DNA of 64,000 nt from an uncultured Prevotellaceae bacterium (GCA_945833925.1 CAMAFX010000002.1:31036-95035), one strand, 5' to 3'; counted from the first letter of the stretch, positions 9,860 through 20,188 are shown. Program-made: numbers and translations. Notes: generated by a model from the letters alone, not told the origin.

Positions 9860-11662
9860 ATGGAAAAATTATCGCACGAATGTGGCATAGCCATGATACG
9901 CTTGCTCAAGCCTCTCGAATATTACCAGGCCAAGTACGGTAGCGAGAGATGGGCGATGAACAAGTTGTATCTGATGATGGAGAAACAGCACAATCGTGGC
10001 CAGGAGGGCGCCGGCATCGCGTGTGTCAAACTGGCAAGCGAGGCAGGACATGAGTATATGTTCCGCGAAAAGGCTGAAGGCAAGGACGCAATCACCACCA
10101 TCTTCCAGAAGGCTGTGAGTCACATGACAACCCCCGACAAGGATGACCCCGAGGGTTCGAAACCTTTTCTTGGCGAACTTTATATGGGCCATCTGCGCTA
10201 CAGTACCACAAGCCGTTCGGGTTTGAAATATGTTCACCCTTTCCTTCGCCGAAATAACTGGAGAGCAAAGAACCTCTGTCTATGCGGCAATTTCAATATG
10301 ACCAACATAGACGATGTCTTTACCTATCTGACGTCGCTCGGACAGTATCCTCGCGTGTACGCGGATACATATATAATGTTGGAAATTATGGGCCACAGGC
10401 TCGACCGCGAGGTGGAGCGCCTCTACCGGATGGCAGTGCAGCAGGGGCTTCAGGGAATGGACATCACCGATTTTATAGACCGTCATGTGGACGTGGGCAA
10501 TGTGTTGCAGACAACAATGTCACGGTTCGATGGCGGTTATGTTGTGTGTGGACTGACGGGTAGCGGCGAAATGTTCTCGATGCGCGACCCTTCGGGCATA
10601 CGTCCGGCATTTTACTATCAGGACGACGAGGTGGTGGCGATAGCCAGCGAGCGCCCGGTGCTGCAGACCACCTTTGCCGTGGAGTACGAGGACATTCACG
10701 AACTGGGTGCGGGCGAGGCAATCATCGTGCATCAGGATGCCTCCGTCGAGAAGCGACAGATTCTTCCTCGCGTCAAGAACTCGGCATGCTCGTTCGAGCG
10801 TATCTACTTCAGTCGCGGAAACGACAAGGACATCTATCTCGAGCGCAAGCGTCTTGGTGCGCTTCTGTGCGACCGAATCCTGGATGCCGTGGACCACGAC
10901 GTTCAGAACACCGTCGTTTCGTATATCCCCAACACTGCCGAGATTGCTTACTGCGGAATGGTTGAGGAACTGAACCGCCGTTTCGGCAGGGTGCGCAGCG
11001 ACAAGGTGGTCAGCAAGGACATCAAGTTGCGAACATTCATCACCGAGGACTCGTCGCGCAACGACCTCGCCGCTCATGTCTACGACATCACCTATGGTTC
11101 TATCGTTCCTTATCAGGACAACCTGGTGGTCATTGACGACAGCATAGTGCGAGGCACGACACTGCGCGAGAGCATCATCAAGATACTTGCCCGACTGCAT
11201 CCGCGTAAGATTGTGGTGGTCAGTTCGGCACCACAGATACGCTATCCCGACTTCTATGGCATCGACATGCGCCGGATAGGCGACTTCATAGCGTTCCAGG
11301 CATGCATCGCCCTGCTTCGTAATGACGGACGCGAGGAGATGCTGCGCCAGGTATACGACGAGTGCAAGGCGCTCTCCCAAATGCCACTCGACAGTCTCGA
11401 CCCTGCCAAGGTTGCAAACCCTGTACGTCAGCTTTACGACCTGTACACGCCACTGCAGATAGAAGCCAAGATGGCAGAGATGCTTCGTCCCGACGGGGTG
11501 GACATACCCATCAGTTTTGTCTTTCAGAGCATCGAGGGACTCCATGCTGCCATCCCCAATCATCCGGGCGACTGGTATTTCACCGGCAACTATCCCACGC
11601 CGGGCGGTCTGCGCCTGATGCTCAGGTCGTATTGCGAGTATTTCGAAAGTCTTATTTCATAA
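9860..11662 (+). CDS. amidophosphoribosyltransferase-like class II glutamine amidotransferase (long form)
   Basis: 600 aa. MEKLSHE-CGIAMI places an Ntn Cys after a short propeptide. PRPP-binding motif LVVIDDSIVRGTT is present. It is longer than canonical PurF, so a paralogue role is possible. Confidence 0.8.
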   Translation: MEKLSHECGIAMIRLLKPLEYYQAKYGSERWAMNKLYLMMEKQHNRGQEGAGIACVKLASEAGHEYMFREKAEGKDAITTIFQKAVSHMTTPDKDDPEGSKPFLGELYMGHLRYSTTSRSGLKYVHPFLRRNNWRAKNLCLCGNFNMTNIDDVFTYLTSLGQYPRVYADTYIMLEIMGHRLDREVERLYRMAVQQGLQGMDITDFIDRHVDVGNVLQTTMSRFDGGYVVCGLTGSGEMFSMRDPSGIRPAFYYQDDEVVAIASERPVLQTTFAVEYEDIHELGAGEAIIVHQDASVEKRQILPRVKNSACSFERIYFSRGNDKDIYLERKRLGALLCDRILDAVDHDVQNTVVSYIPNTAEIAYCGMVEELNRRFGRVRSDKVVSKDIKLRTFITEDSSRNDLAAHVYDITYGSIVPYQDNLVVIDDSIVRGTTLRESIIKILARLHPRKIVVVSSAPQIRYPDFYGIDMRRIGDFIAFQACIALLRNDGREEMLRQVYDECKALSQMPLDSLDPAKVANPVRQLYDLYTPLQIEAKMAEMLRPDGVDIPISFVFQSIEGLHAAIPNHPGDWYFTGNYPTPGGLRLMLRSYCEYFESLIS

Positions 11663-11678
11663 TAAAACCAACCAAACT

Positions 11679-13262
11679 ATGACACGTTATATCTTTGTTA
11701 CCGGAGGTGTTGTTTCTTCACTGGGAAAGGGCATCATTTCGTCAAGCATCGGCAAGTTGCTGCAGTCGCGGGGCTACAGCATAACAATACAGAAGTTCGA
11801 CCCATACATCAACATCGACCCCGGAACACTCAACCCCTACGAGCATGGCGAGTGCTACGTCACCGTCGACGGAATGGAGACAGACCTCGACCTCGGTCAC
11901 TACGAGCGTTTCACTGGCATACGCACCACGCGCCAGAACTCCATCACCACAGGTCGCATCTACCAGACTGTAATCGACCGCGAGCGCCGTGGCGACTATC
12001 TGGGCAAGACCATACAGGTGGTCCCACACATCACCGACGAGATAAAGGCTCGCATGACGGCACCCGAGGGTACTGTCGACTTTGTCATCACTGAGGTGGG
12101 CGGTACCATCGGTGACATCGAGAGTGCTCCCTTCATGGAGGCTATGCGTCAGTTGAAGTGGGAACTGAGCGGACGTGCCATCAGTGTGCACCTCACCTAC
12201 GTGCCTTACCTGCGTGCTGCTGGCGAACTCAAGACCAAGCCTACACAGCATTCGGTAAAGGAACTTCAGGGAATGGGTATCCAGCCCGACATTCTCATTC
12301 TGCGCACCGAGCAGCATCTCTCGGACGGCGTGCGCCAGAAGGTGGCGTCGTTCTGTAATGTCGACCTGGAGTGTGTGGTTCAGAGCGAGGACATGCCGAG
12401 CATCTACGAGGTGCCTGTCAGCATGCAGCGCCAGGGACTGGATTCTGCCATTCTGCGCAAACTTGGCATACCTGTGGGCGAGACTCCCGAACTGGGTCCA
12501 TGGCGCCGCTTCCTTGAGTTGCAGCGTACGTCGACACGTGAGGTACACATCGGACTGGTTGGCAAGTACGACCTTCAGGACGCCTACAAGAGCATCCGCG
12601 AGAGCCTCTACCTGGCAGGTGTGTACAACGAGGTGCGCGTTAAACTGCATTTCATCAACAGCGAGAACATAACCAAGCAGAACATAGCAAAGGAGGTAGA
12701 GGGTATGGCAGGTATACTCATCTGTCCGGGCTTCGGAAGCCGTGGCATCGAGGGTAAGATTATAGCCGCCCAGTACTGCCGCGAGCACGACGTGCCTGCC
12801 TTCGGTATATGCCTCGGTATGCAGATGATGGTCATCGAGTTTGCCCGCAACGTGCTGGGCTATTGTGATGCCAACAGCGCCGAGATGGATGACAAGACTC
12901 CACACAATGTCATCGACATCATGGAGAGCCAGAAGAACATCGAGAAGATGGGAGGAACAATGCGACTGGGTGCCTACGCCTGTGAGTTGCGCGACGATTC
13001 GCGTGTGCGCGACATCTATGGCTGCAAAACCATCGAGGAGCGCCACCGCCACCGTTACGAGTTCAACAACAACTACATTGACGAGTACGAGAAGGCAGGC
13101 ATGCAGTGCGTGGGACGCAACCCGGAAAGCAGTCTGGTGGAGATAGTCGAGGTGCCCGGGTGCAGGTGGTACGTCGGAACACAGTTCCACCCCGAGTACC
13201 AGAGCACCGTTCTGCATCCACATCCACTCTTCATGGACTTCGTCAGGACCTGCAAGGGCTAA
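11679..13262 (+). CDS. pyrG: CTP synthase
   Basis: 527 aa. MTRYIFVTGGVVSSLGKGI N-terminus and the GATase motif GICLGMQ...HRHRYEFN. Confidence 0.95.
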   Translation: MTRYIFVTGGVVSSLGKGIISSSIGKLLQSRGYSITIQKFDPYINIDPGTLNPYEHGECYVTVDGMETDLDLGHYERFTGIRTTRQNSITTGRIYQTVIDRERRGDYLGKTIQVVPHITDEIKARMTAPEGTVDFVITEVGGTIGDIESAPFMEAMRQLKWELSGRAISVHLTYVPYLRAAGELKTKPTQHSVKELQGMGIQPDILILRTEQHLSDGVRQKVASFCNVDLECVVQSEDMPSIYEVPVSMQRQGLDSAILRKLGIPVGETPELGPWRRFLELQRTSTREVHIGLVGKYDLQDAYKSIRESLYLAGVYNEVRVKLHFINSENITKQNIAKEVEGMAGILICPGFGSRGIEGKIIAAQYCREHDVPAFGICLGMQMMVIEFARNVLGYCDANSAEMDDKTPHNVIDIMESQKNIEKMGGTMRLGAYACELRDDSRVRDIYGCKTIEERHRHRYEFNNNYIDEYEKAGMQCVGRNPESSLVEIVEVPGCRWYVGTQFHPEYQSTVLHPHPLFMDFVRTCKG

Positions 13263-13352
13263 CTCCGGCAAATTCAAGCCACTCCGGCTATTTCCGGTTC
13301 ATTCCAATAATAAAACAATAACAAAAGAATAAAACATCAACAGAGAAGAGAT

Positions 13353-16300
13353 ATGAAAAAGGCGATATTGCGATTAGAAGACGGCACAGAGTTCGTAGGT
13401 CAGAGTTTTGGCTACGAGGGAGCCGTTTCGGGCGAGGTTGTGTTCAACACCGCCATGACCGGTTATGTGGAGAGTCTTACCGATCCGTCCTATGCCGGAC
13501 AGATAATGGTGATGACCTTCCCGCTGGTGGGCAACTATGGTGTGCCAGCGTTCGATATGGAGAAGAACGGACTGCCTGTGTTCATGGAGAGCGACCGCAT
13601 CTATGCTCGCGCCATCGTGTGCCAGGACTACAGTACTGAGTACAGTCACTGGAATGCAGGCGAGAGTCTGGCGGAGTGGCTCAAGCGCGAGCACATACCC
13701 GGCATTACCGGCATCGACACGCGTGCTCTGACTCAGGTGCTTCGCGAGAAGGGTAGCATGCTGGGAAGCATCAGCATCGAGGACGTGCCCGAATGTGGCG
13801 ATTTCGGCAAGTACGCCGGTGTCAACTTCGTGGACGAGGTGAGTTGCAAGGAGGTGGTGGTGTACAGTCCTGCCGACTACAGCGAACCAGTGAACCGCCT
13901 GCCCGAAGACGCTTTCGACATAGTACGCACATCGTCGACCAAGCGTGTCGTGCTGGTGGACTGCGGTGTCAAGGCTAACATCATCCGCTGCCTGCTGAAC
14001 CGCGGCATCGAGGTGGTGCGTGTGCCCTGGAACTACGACTTCAACCAGTTGGACACCGAGGACGGAAAGGGATTCGACGGACTCTTCCTTGCCAACGGAC
14101 CCGGCGACCCCGACACTTGTGTTGACGCTGTGAACAACATTCGCCGTTTCATGGAGAAGGAGCAGACACGCCAGAGCGTGCGCCCCATCATGGGTATCTG
14201 CATGGGTAACCAGTTGCTCGGCAAGGCAGCAGGTGCCACCATATATAAGTTGAAATACGGTCACCGCAGCCACAACCAGCCGGTGCAGATGGTTGGCAGC
14301 ACCAAGTGTTTCATCACCACGCAGAACCACGGTTATGCTGTCGACACCACCACTCTCGGTGCCGACTGGGAACCTTTGTTCGTCAATATGAACGACGGCA
14401 GTAACGAGGGTATCCGTCACAAGAATTTCCCCTGGTATTCCGCTCAGTTCCATCCCGAGGCTTGCGCCGGACCCGTTGACACAGAGTTCCTCTTCGACTG
14501 GTTTGTCAAGGCTCTCGAGGGCGACACAAGCATGTTCGCCGACATGAAGAAGGGTGACATGCCTACCGGCAAGGACGACGTGAAGAAGGTGCTGCTGCTC
14601 GGTTCGGGTGCGCTGAAGATTGGTGAGGCTGGCGAGTTCGACTACAGCGGTTCGCAGGCTCTCAAGGCATTGCGCGAAGAAGGCATCAAGACCATACTTA
14701 TCAATCCTAACATTGCAACCGTGCAGACCAGCGAGGGTGTGGCTGACGAGATATACTTCCTTCCCGTAACACCATACTTCGTGGAGCGTGTCATCGATAA
14801 GGAGCGCCCCGACGGCATCCTCCTCTCGTTCGGTGGCCAGACGGCACTGAACTGTGGTGTCGAACTCTACAAGAGTGGTGTGCTGGAGCGCTACGGCGTG
14901 AAGGTGCTCGGTACTCCGGTACAGGCTATCATAGACACTGAGGACCGTGAACTCTTCGTTCAGAAGTTGGACGAGATTGGCGTGAAGACCATCAAGTCGC
15001 AGGCTTGCGAGACCATCGATGAGGCTCGACGCGCCGCTGCCCAACTGGGCTATCCTGTCATCATACGTGCCGCCTATGCATTGGGCGGTCTTGGCAGTGG
15101 CTTCTGCGATAACGAGCAGGAGTTGAACCGTCTTGCCGAGAAGGCGTTCTCGTTCTCGCCACAGGTGCTCGTCGAGAAGTCTCTCAAGGGATGGAAGGAG
15201 ATTGAGTACGAGGTGGTGCGCGACCGTTTCGACAACTGCATCACGGTTTGTAACATGGAGAACTTCGATCCTCTGGGCATACATACCGGAGAGAGTATCG
15301 TCATCGCACCGAGCCAGACGCTCACCAACTCCGAGTATCACAAGTTGCGTGCACTTGCCATCCGCATCATACGCCACATCGGCATCGTGGGCGAGTGTAA
15401 CGTGCAGTATGCCTTCGACCCCTCCAGCGAGGACTACCGTGTCATCGAGGTCAATGCGCGTCTGAGCCGTTCTTCTGCCCTTGCATCAAAGGCAACCGGT
15501 TATCCTCTGGCATTCGTCGCTGCAAAGTTGGGTCTGGGCTACGGTCTGTTCGACCTGAAGAACTCGGTGACAAAGGTCACAAGTGCATTCTTCGAGCCTG
15601 CGCTCGACTATGTTGTATGCAAGATTCCTCGTTGGGATCTCGGCAAGTTCCGCGGCGTGGACCGTGAGTTGGGCAGCAGCATGAAGTCTGTTGGCGAGGT
15701 GATGGCTATCGGACGTACGTTCGAGGAGTCTGTACAGAAGGGTCTGCGAATGATTGGTCAGGGCATGCACGGATTCGTGGGCAACAAGGAATTGCAGATC
15801 GAAGACATAGATGCGGCTCTGAAGGCTCCAACCGACAAGCGTATCTTCGTCATCGAGAAGGCGTTCTTCGCAGGCTACACCGTCGGTCAGATTCACGACC
15901 TTACAAAGATTGACAACTGGTTCCTCAACAAACTTCTCAATATCTACGACATAAACAACGAGTTGCGCCAGTTGCGCGACGGCAAGCAGGAGTTGACTCC
16001 GGCACTGATGCTCAAGGCAAAGGTGTATGGTTTCACCGACTTCCAGATTGCACGCGCCATCGGTCTGGAGCGCGACATTGACATCGAGGAAGGTGTGCTG
16101 AAGGTCCGCGCCATGCGCAAGGAGATGGGCATCACGCCATGCGTCAAGCAGATTGATACACTGGCAGCCGAGTATCCTGCACAGACCAACTACCTCTACC
16201 TCACCTATGCCGGCCTCGACAGCAAGCCTCTGGAGAAGGACGATGTTCCTTCGGTAGTGGTTCTGGGTAGCGGTGCCTACCGCATCGGTTCGTCTGTTGA

Positions 16301-17795
16301 GTTCGACTGGTGTGGCGTGCAGGCTCTCAACACCATCCGCCAGCAGGGTCTGCGCTCGGTAATGATAAACTATAACCCAGAGACTGTCAGCACCGACTAT
16401 GATATGTGCGACCGTCTGTACTTTGACGAACTGACCTTCGAGCGTGTCATGGATATTATCGAGATAGAGAGCCCACGCGGTGTCATCGTCTCGACGGGTG
16501 GTCAGATACCTAACAACCTTGCCATGAAACTCGATGCTCAGAGGGTGCCCATCCTCGGTACTCAGGCTTGCTATATCGACAATGCCGAGGACCGCGACAA
16601 GTTCAGTGCCATGCTCGACCGCATCGGTGTTGACCAGCCAGAGTGGAGCGCGTTGACCAGCATGGACGACGTCAACGCCTTCATCGAGCGTGTCGGTTTC
16701 CCTGTTCTGGTACGTCCTTCGTATGTGCTCAGTGGTGCTGCCATGAATGTATGCTCTAACCAGGAGGAGTTGGAGCGTTTCCTCACGTTGGCTGCCAACG
16801 TCAGCAAGAAGCACCCTGTCGTTATCAGCAAGTTCATGCTCAACACGAAGGAGGTGGAGATGGACGCAGTGGCACGCGACGGCGAGATAATGGCTTATGC
16901 CATCAGCGAACATATCGAGTATGCCGGTGTCCACAGTGGCGACGCCACCATTCAGTTCCCCGCTCAGAAACTCTACGTCGAGACTGTTAGACGCATCAAG
17001 AAGATAAGTGCGCAGATTGCACGCGAGTTGCACATCTCGGGTCCGTTCAACATACAGTTCCTGGCTCGCGACAACGAAATCAAGGTTATCGAGTGTAACC
17101 TGCGTGCCAGCCGTTCGTTCCCATTCGTCAGCAAGGTGCTCAAGGTTAACCTCATCGAACTGGCTACTCGCATCATGCTCGGTCTCCCTGCCGAGAAGTT
17201 GAACAAGAACTTCTTCGACTTCGACTATGTCGGAATCAAGGCAAGTCAGTTCTCGTTCAACCGTCTGCAGAAGGCTGACCCCGTGCTCGGAGTCGACATG
17301 AGTTCAACCGGTGAGGTGGGATGTCTGGGCGACGATACCAACTGCGCTCTGCTCAAGAGTATGCTCTCTGTCGGTCACCGCATTCCTCAGCGAGGCATCC
17401 TGCTCTCTACAGGTGGCATCAAGGAGAAGGCTTCGATGCTCGATGCTGCACGCACGCTGTATCGTCGTGGCTACGCGCTCTATGCAACAGGCGGCACCAG
17501 CCGTTTCCTCACCGACAACGGTGTGCCCAACACTCTGGTGCTGTGGCCAAGCGAGGAGGGCGACCATCCAAAGGCTCTCGACCTTATGCACGAGCGTCAG
17601 ATTGACATGGTTGTCAACATTCCCAAGGACCTCACGGCAGGCGAGCTGACCAACGGTTACCGCATCCGTCGTGCTGCGGTGGACCTCAACATTCCGCTGA
17701 TAACCAATGCGCGTCTTGCCACTGGTTTCATCAACGCCTTCTGCACCATCTCGCTCGATGATCTTGCCATCAAGTCATGGCGTGAGTATAAGTAG
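13353..17795 (+). CDS. carAB: carbamoyl-phosphate synthase, small (CarA) and large (CarB) subunits fused in one polypeptide
   Basis: 1480-aa uninterrupted ORF. CarA-like residues 1-~390 carry GICMGNQLL and FHPEA. A linker follows, then CarB with VLLLGSGALKIGEAGEFDYSGSQA, two ATP-grasp halves and a C-terminal MGS-like domain. Confidence 0.9.
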   Translation: MKKAILRLEDGTEFVGQSFGYEGAVSGEVVFNTAMTGYVESLTDPSYAGQIMVMTFPLVGNYGVPAFDMEKNGLPVFMESDRIYARAIVCQDYSTEYSHWNAGESLAEWLKREHIPGITGIDTRALTQVLREKGSMLGSISIEDVPECGDFGKYAGVNFVDEVSCKEVVVYSPADYSEPVNRLPEDAFDIVRTSSTKRVVLVDCGVKANIIRCLLNRGIEVVRVPWNYDFNQLDTEDGKGFDGLFLANGPGDPDTCVDAVNNIRRFMEKEQTRQSVRPIMGICMGNQLLGKAAGATIYKLKYGHRSHNQPVQMVGSTKCFITTQNHGYAVDTTTLGADWEPLFVNMNDGSNEGIRHKNFPWYSAQFHPEACAGPVDTEFLFDWFVKALEGDTSMFADMKKGDMPTGKDDVKKVLLLGSGALKIGEAGEFDYSGSQALKALREEGIKTILINPNIATVQTSEGVADEIYFLPVTPYFVERVIDKERPDGILLSFGGQTALNCGVELYKSGVLERYGVKVLGTPVQAIIDTEDRELFVQKLDEIGVKTIKSQACETIDEARRAAAQLGYPVIIRAAYALGGLGSGFCDNEQELNRLAEKAFSFSPQVLVEKSLKGWKEIEYEVVRDRFDNCITVCNMENFDPLGIHTGESIVIAPSQTLTNSEYHKLRALAIRIIRHIGIVGECNVQYAFDPSSEDYRVIEVNARLSRSSALASKATGYPLAFVAAKLGLGYGLFDLKNSVTKVTSAFFEPALDYVVCKIPRWDLGKFRGVDRELGSSMKSVGEVMAIGRTFEESVQKGLRMIGQGMHGFVGNKELQIEDIDAALKAPTDKRIFVIEKAFFAGYTVGQIHDLTKIDNWFLNKLLNIYDINNELRQLRDGKQELTPALMLKAKVYGFTDFQIARAIGLERDIDIEEGVLKVRAMRKEMGITPCVKQIDTLAAEYPAQTNYLYLTYAGLDSKPLEKDDVPSVVVLGSGAYRIGSSVEFDWCGVQALNTIRQQGLRSVMINYNPETVSTDYDMCDRLYFDELTFERVMDIIEIESPRGVIVSTGGQIPNNLAMKLDAQRVPILGTQACYIDNAEDRDKFSAMLDRIGVDQPEWSALTSMDDVNAFIERVGFPVLVRPSYVLSGAAMNVCSNQEELERFLTLAANVSKKHPVVISKFMLNTKEVEMDAVARDGEIMAYAISEHIEYAGVHSGDATIQFPAQKLYVETVRRIKKISAQIARELHISGPFNIQFLARDNEIKVIECNLRASRSFPFVSKVLKVNLIELATRIMLGLPAEKLNKNFFDFDYVGIKASQFSFNRLQKADPVLGVDMSSTGEVGCLGDDTNCALLKSMLSVGHRIPQRGILLSTGGIKEKASMLDAARTLYRRGYALYATGGTSRFLTDNGVPNTLVLWPSEEGDHPKALDLMHERQIDMVVNIPKDLTAGELTNGYRIRRAAVDLNIPLITNARLATGFINAFCTISLDDLAIKSWREYK

Positions 17796-17801
17796 CTCCA
17801 T

Positions 17802-17851
17802 AAAATCACGGTGCGTGAGTCGGTCAACTCACGCACCGTGATTTTTTATTT
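17802..17851. terminator. intrinsic terminator hairpin after carAB
   Basis: Perfect 18-bp stem AAAATCACGGTGCGTGAG / CTCACGCACCGTGATTTT (17802-17819 / 17828-17845), an 8-nt loop and a T-run on the plus strand. Confidence 0.8.
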
Positions 17852-17931
17852 CACGCACCGTGATTTTTGAAATCATGCTGCGTGATTTTTTCTGCTCTCC
17901 GAGCAGGCAGGTGTGATGCTTGCGCGGTGTG

Positions 17932-19590
17932 TCAATTCAAACGGAAGGTGATGGGCAGGGTGACGGTGCTTTTCACCTTCTTGCCATCCTTCTCGGCAGG
18001 AATGAACTTGGGCATCGCCTTTATGGTTCGCTCTGTCTCCTTTATGAAGGCTTCCTTGGCTTTCTCTGCTGCCTTCTGCATGTCGTCAGCCTCGGCATTG
18101 TCCATCTTTATAGAATTTACTGTAACTCCGCCTTCCGACTTGGGTGCGTTGGTTACGTTACATTCGGTCGATATGTTGGCTATGCTGCCGTCCTCGTTGA
18201 TGGTCAAAGTGGCGATGCAACGTGCCATGAAGCCGTAGTACTGTGCCTCTTTCGGGTAACGGATGTTTCTGGCGATGAACTGGTACATAGCTGCTTCGTC
18301 GCCGTCGTAGTGTGCCTCCTTGTCGGGTTTTTCCTCCACTGCCGGTGTTACCTTGATGGTGATGCCTTCCTGTTTGCTGTCGTTGTCATTGGTGTTGATG
18401 ATGATGATGTCGCCCTTCACCTTCATCCCATTCAGCATTTCGCGGCTTATCTTCTGCTTGCTTTCTTCGTTTTTTATTACGATCATGTTGACAATCTTGG
18501 GCGTTGCCAGTTTCTCAATCTCCTCACGCTTGGCAAGTCGGCCGTTGAGGATGAAGGTTGCGTCCTTGAACAAACTGTCATTCTTCAAGGCGTCGTCGGT
18601 GCCTTCGTTGTCGAGGTCCAGCAGGCGGTCCTGCAGTTTTGTGGGTTCAACTGCGGTTGTGTTCTCCGATTTGTTGTTGCCAGTCATAATGTCAACTCTC
18701 TGCTTCAGCATACTCTTCATGTCGGGCATCTGCTCGGGTGTGGCGAATGCGAAGATGGCAAAACCCATCGTCGGTATGACGAACAATGCCTTGAGCATCA
18801 TCCATCGGTTTGATTTCTTTTGGTACATCATAACGATACGTTGTTTAAGTGAACCTCGTCTGAGGTTGTTGGCAAATGGCTGCAGACGATTGCCGACTGC
18901 CTTCAGTACGAGAAGTTGTTGATATTGTTTTGCATCGATGCCTTTGTTGATTACAGCCTCGTCGGCTTCATATTCGTGTATGGTTCTGAGGTCGTTGCCC
19001 ATGAACCAGACGAAGGGGTTGAACCACTGCATCACTCGCATTGCCTCAAGCAACAGGAGGTCCAGGGTGTGATGCAGGCGTATGTGTTCCTGCTCGTGTA
19101 TGAGTATGCTCTGGCGATGGTTCTCGTAGTCGTCGACGTCCATTACTATCGTCCTGAGGATGCTGAAGGGCGAAGCCACTCCGTTCTTCAGTATTATGGT
19201 GTTGCCGTGTTCGTCGGTGTGGCGCAGTCCGCCACTCATCAGCCGCTTCATCTTCACTATCTGCACAGCCATTACGAGCACCATCACGGTAACGCCTGCC
19301 AGGTAGATGACGGTCAGCAGTCCTTCCCACGTCAGCGGTGCGTGCGCACTCTCCTTATATATTATAATAGGTGTGTCGCTAAGGAATGCGGTCGACGAGT
19401 AAACAACGTCGTTGATGGCAGTCGGTCTGCTGACTGTGACGTGTACCAATGGCAGCACCAGCGAGGCGAGCATTATCATGATGAGGCACGCACGGTTGAA
19501 ACGGTGGAATGTCTCTCGGCTCAGGAATGCGAAGAACAGGCTGTACAGCAGTCCTAACGAAAGTGCGGATTTCAGTATGTATTCTATCAT
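17932..19590 (-). CDS. BlaR1-type M56 membrane metallopeptidase/sensor with C-terminal TonB-like domain
   Basis: 552 aa. N-terminal TM helices, zinc motif HEQEHIRLHH and a C-terminal TonB-C-like segment (YPKEAQYYGFMARCIATLTINEDGSI...). It lies directly downstream of a BlaI-type repressor. Confidence 0.8.
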   Translation of the reverse strand: MIEYILKSALSLGLLYSLFFAFLSRETFHRFNRACLIMIMLASLVLPLVHVTVSRPTAINDVVYSSTAFLSDTPIIIYKESAHAPLTWEGLLTVIYLAGVTVMVLVMAVQIVKMKRLMSGGLRHTDEHGNTIILKNGVASPFSILRTIVMDVDDYENHRQSILIHEQEHIRLHHTLDLLLLEAMRVMQWFNPFVWFMGNDLRTIHEYEADEAVINKGIDAKQYQQLLVLKAVGNRLQPFANNLRRGSLKQRIVMMYQKKSNRWMMLKALFVIPTMGFAIFAFATPEQMPDMKSMLKQRVDIMTGNNKSENTTAVEPTKLQDRLLDLDNEGTDDALKNDSLFKDATFILNGRLAKREEIEKLATPKIVNMIVIKNEESKQKISREMLNGMKVKGDIIIINTNDNDSKQEGITIKVTPAVEEKPDKEAHYDGDEAAMYQFIARNIRYPKEAQYYGFMARCIATLTINEDGSIANISTECNVTNAPKSEGGVTVNSIKMDNAEADDMQKAAEKAKEAFIKETERTIKAMPKFIPAEKDGKKVKSTVTLPITFRLN

Positions 19591-19632
19591 TGCTCTGTCT
19601 GTTTTTGTTGTGTTTTTCTATCAGGTTTGCAC

Positions 19633-20016
19633 TTACTGCTTTTCAATCATATTGAGAATGTCGCGCAGGTCCTCTTCGGTCAGTTCCTCCTCCTCGGCAA
19701 AGAACGAGATGAGCGACTTGAGCGAACCGCCGAACAGACTGTTCTTCACCTCTTTCATATACTTGCGCGTATATTCCACGCGTGACATCAGTGGGTAGAA
19801 ATAGAACGTCTTGCCTTCTTCACTCTTACGGTAACTCACGAACTCCTTCGTGGTGAGTATCTTCAAGAACGTGGCGATGGTGCTGTACGCTGGTCGTGGC
19901 TCGGGATATTTCTCGATGATGGAGTGCGTGCTCAGTGCCTTGCCCTCATCCCACAGTATGTTCATTATCTCCATCTCCGCCTTTGTCAGAGTGTGGTCGT
20001 CTTTCTTTCGTCTCAT
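19633..20016 (-). CDS. BlaI/MecI/CopY-family winged-helix transcriptional repressor
   Basis: 127 aa. LTKAEMEIMNILWDEG...STHSIIEKY is the typical penicillinase-repressor family N-terminus. It is paired with the M56 sensor. Confidence 0.85.
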   Translation of the reverse strand: MRRKKDDHTLTKAEMEIMNILWDEGKALSTHSIIEKYPEPRPAYSTIATFLKILTTKEFVSYRKSEEGKTFYFYPLMSRVEYTRKYMKEVKNSLFGGSLKSLISFFAEEEELTEEDLRDILNMIEKQ

Positions 20017-20157
20017 ATATTCTTGACTTCTTGTCGTTCTACTTCTTTCTCTCAGTTCTCAATATCCTTTCAGTTGGATATCGATTTTCTTCCTCTTAGC
20101 TATTCTTTTAGCGTTCTCCCTTTATTCTGTCACTCTTCTCTTGCCATTCTCTAAACT

Positions 20158-20188
20158 TTTAGATTTAGCACTGCAAATGTAATCTAAA
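20158..20188 (-). promoter_or_regulatory. putative blaI promoter (-7 box TACATTTG on minus strand, 20174-20181) bracketed by inverted repeat TTTAGATT-N15-AATCTAAA
   Basis: Read directly. Arms are 20158-20165 and 20181-20188. The Bacteroides -7 consensus TAnnTTTG lies between and overlaps the arms. Further TTAGAT copies occur at 20192, 20255 and 20277. Confidence 0.45.
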
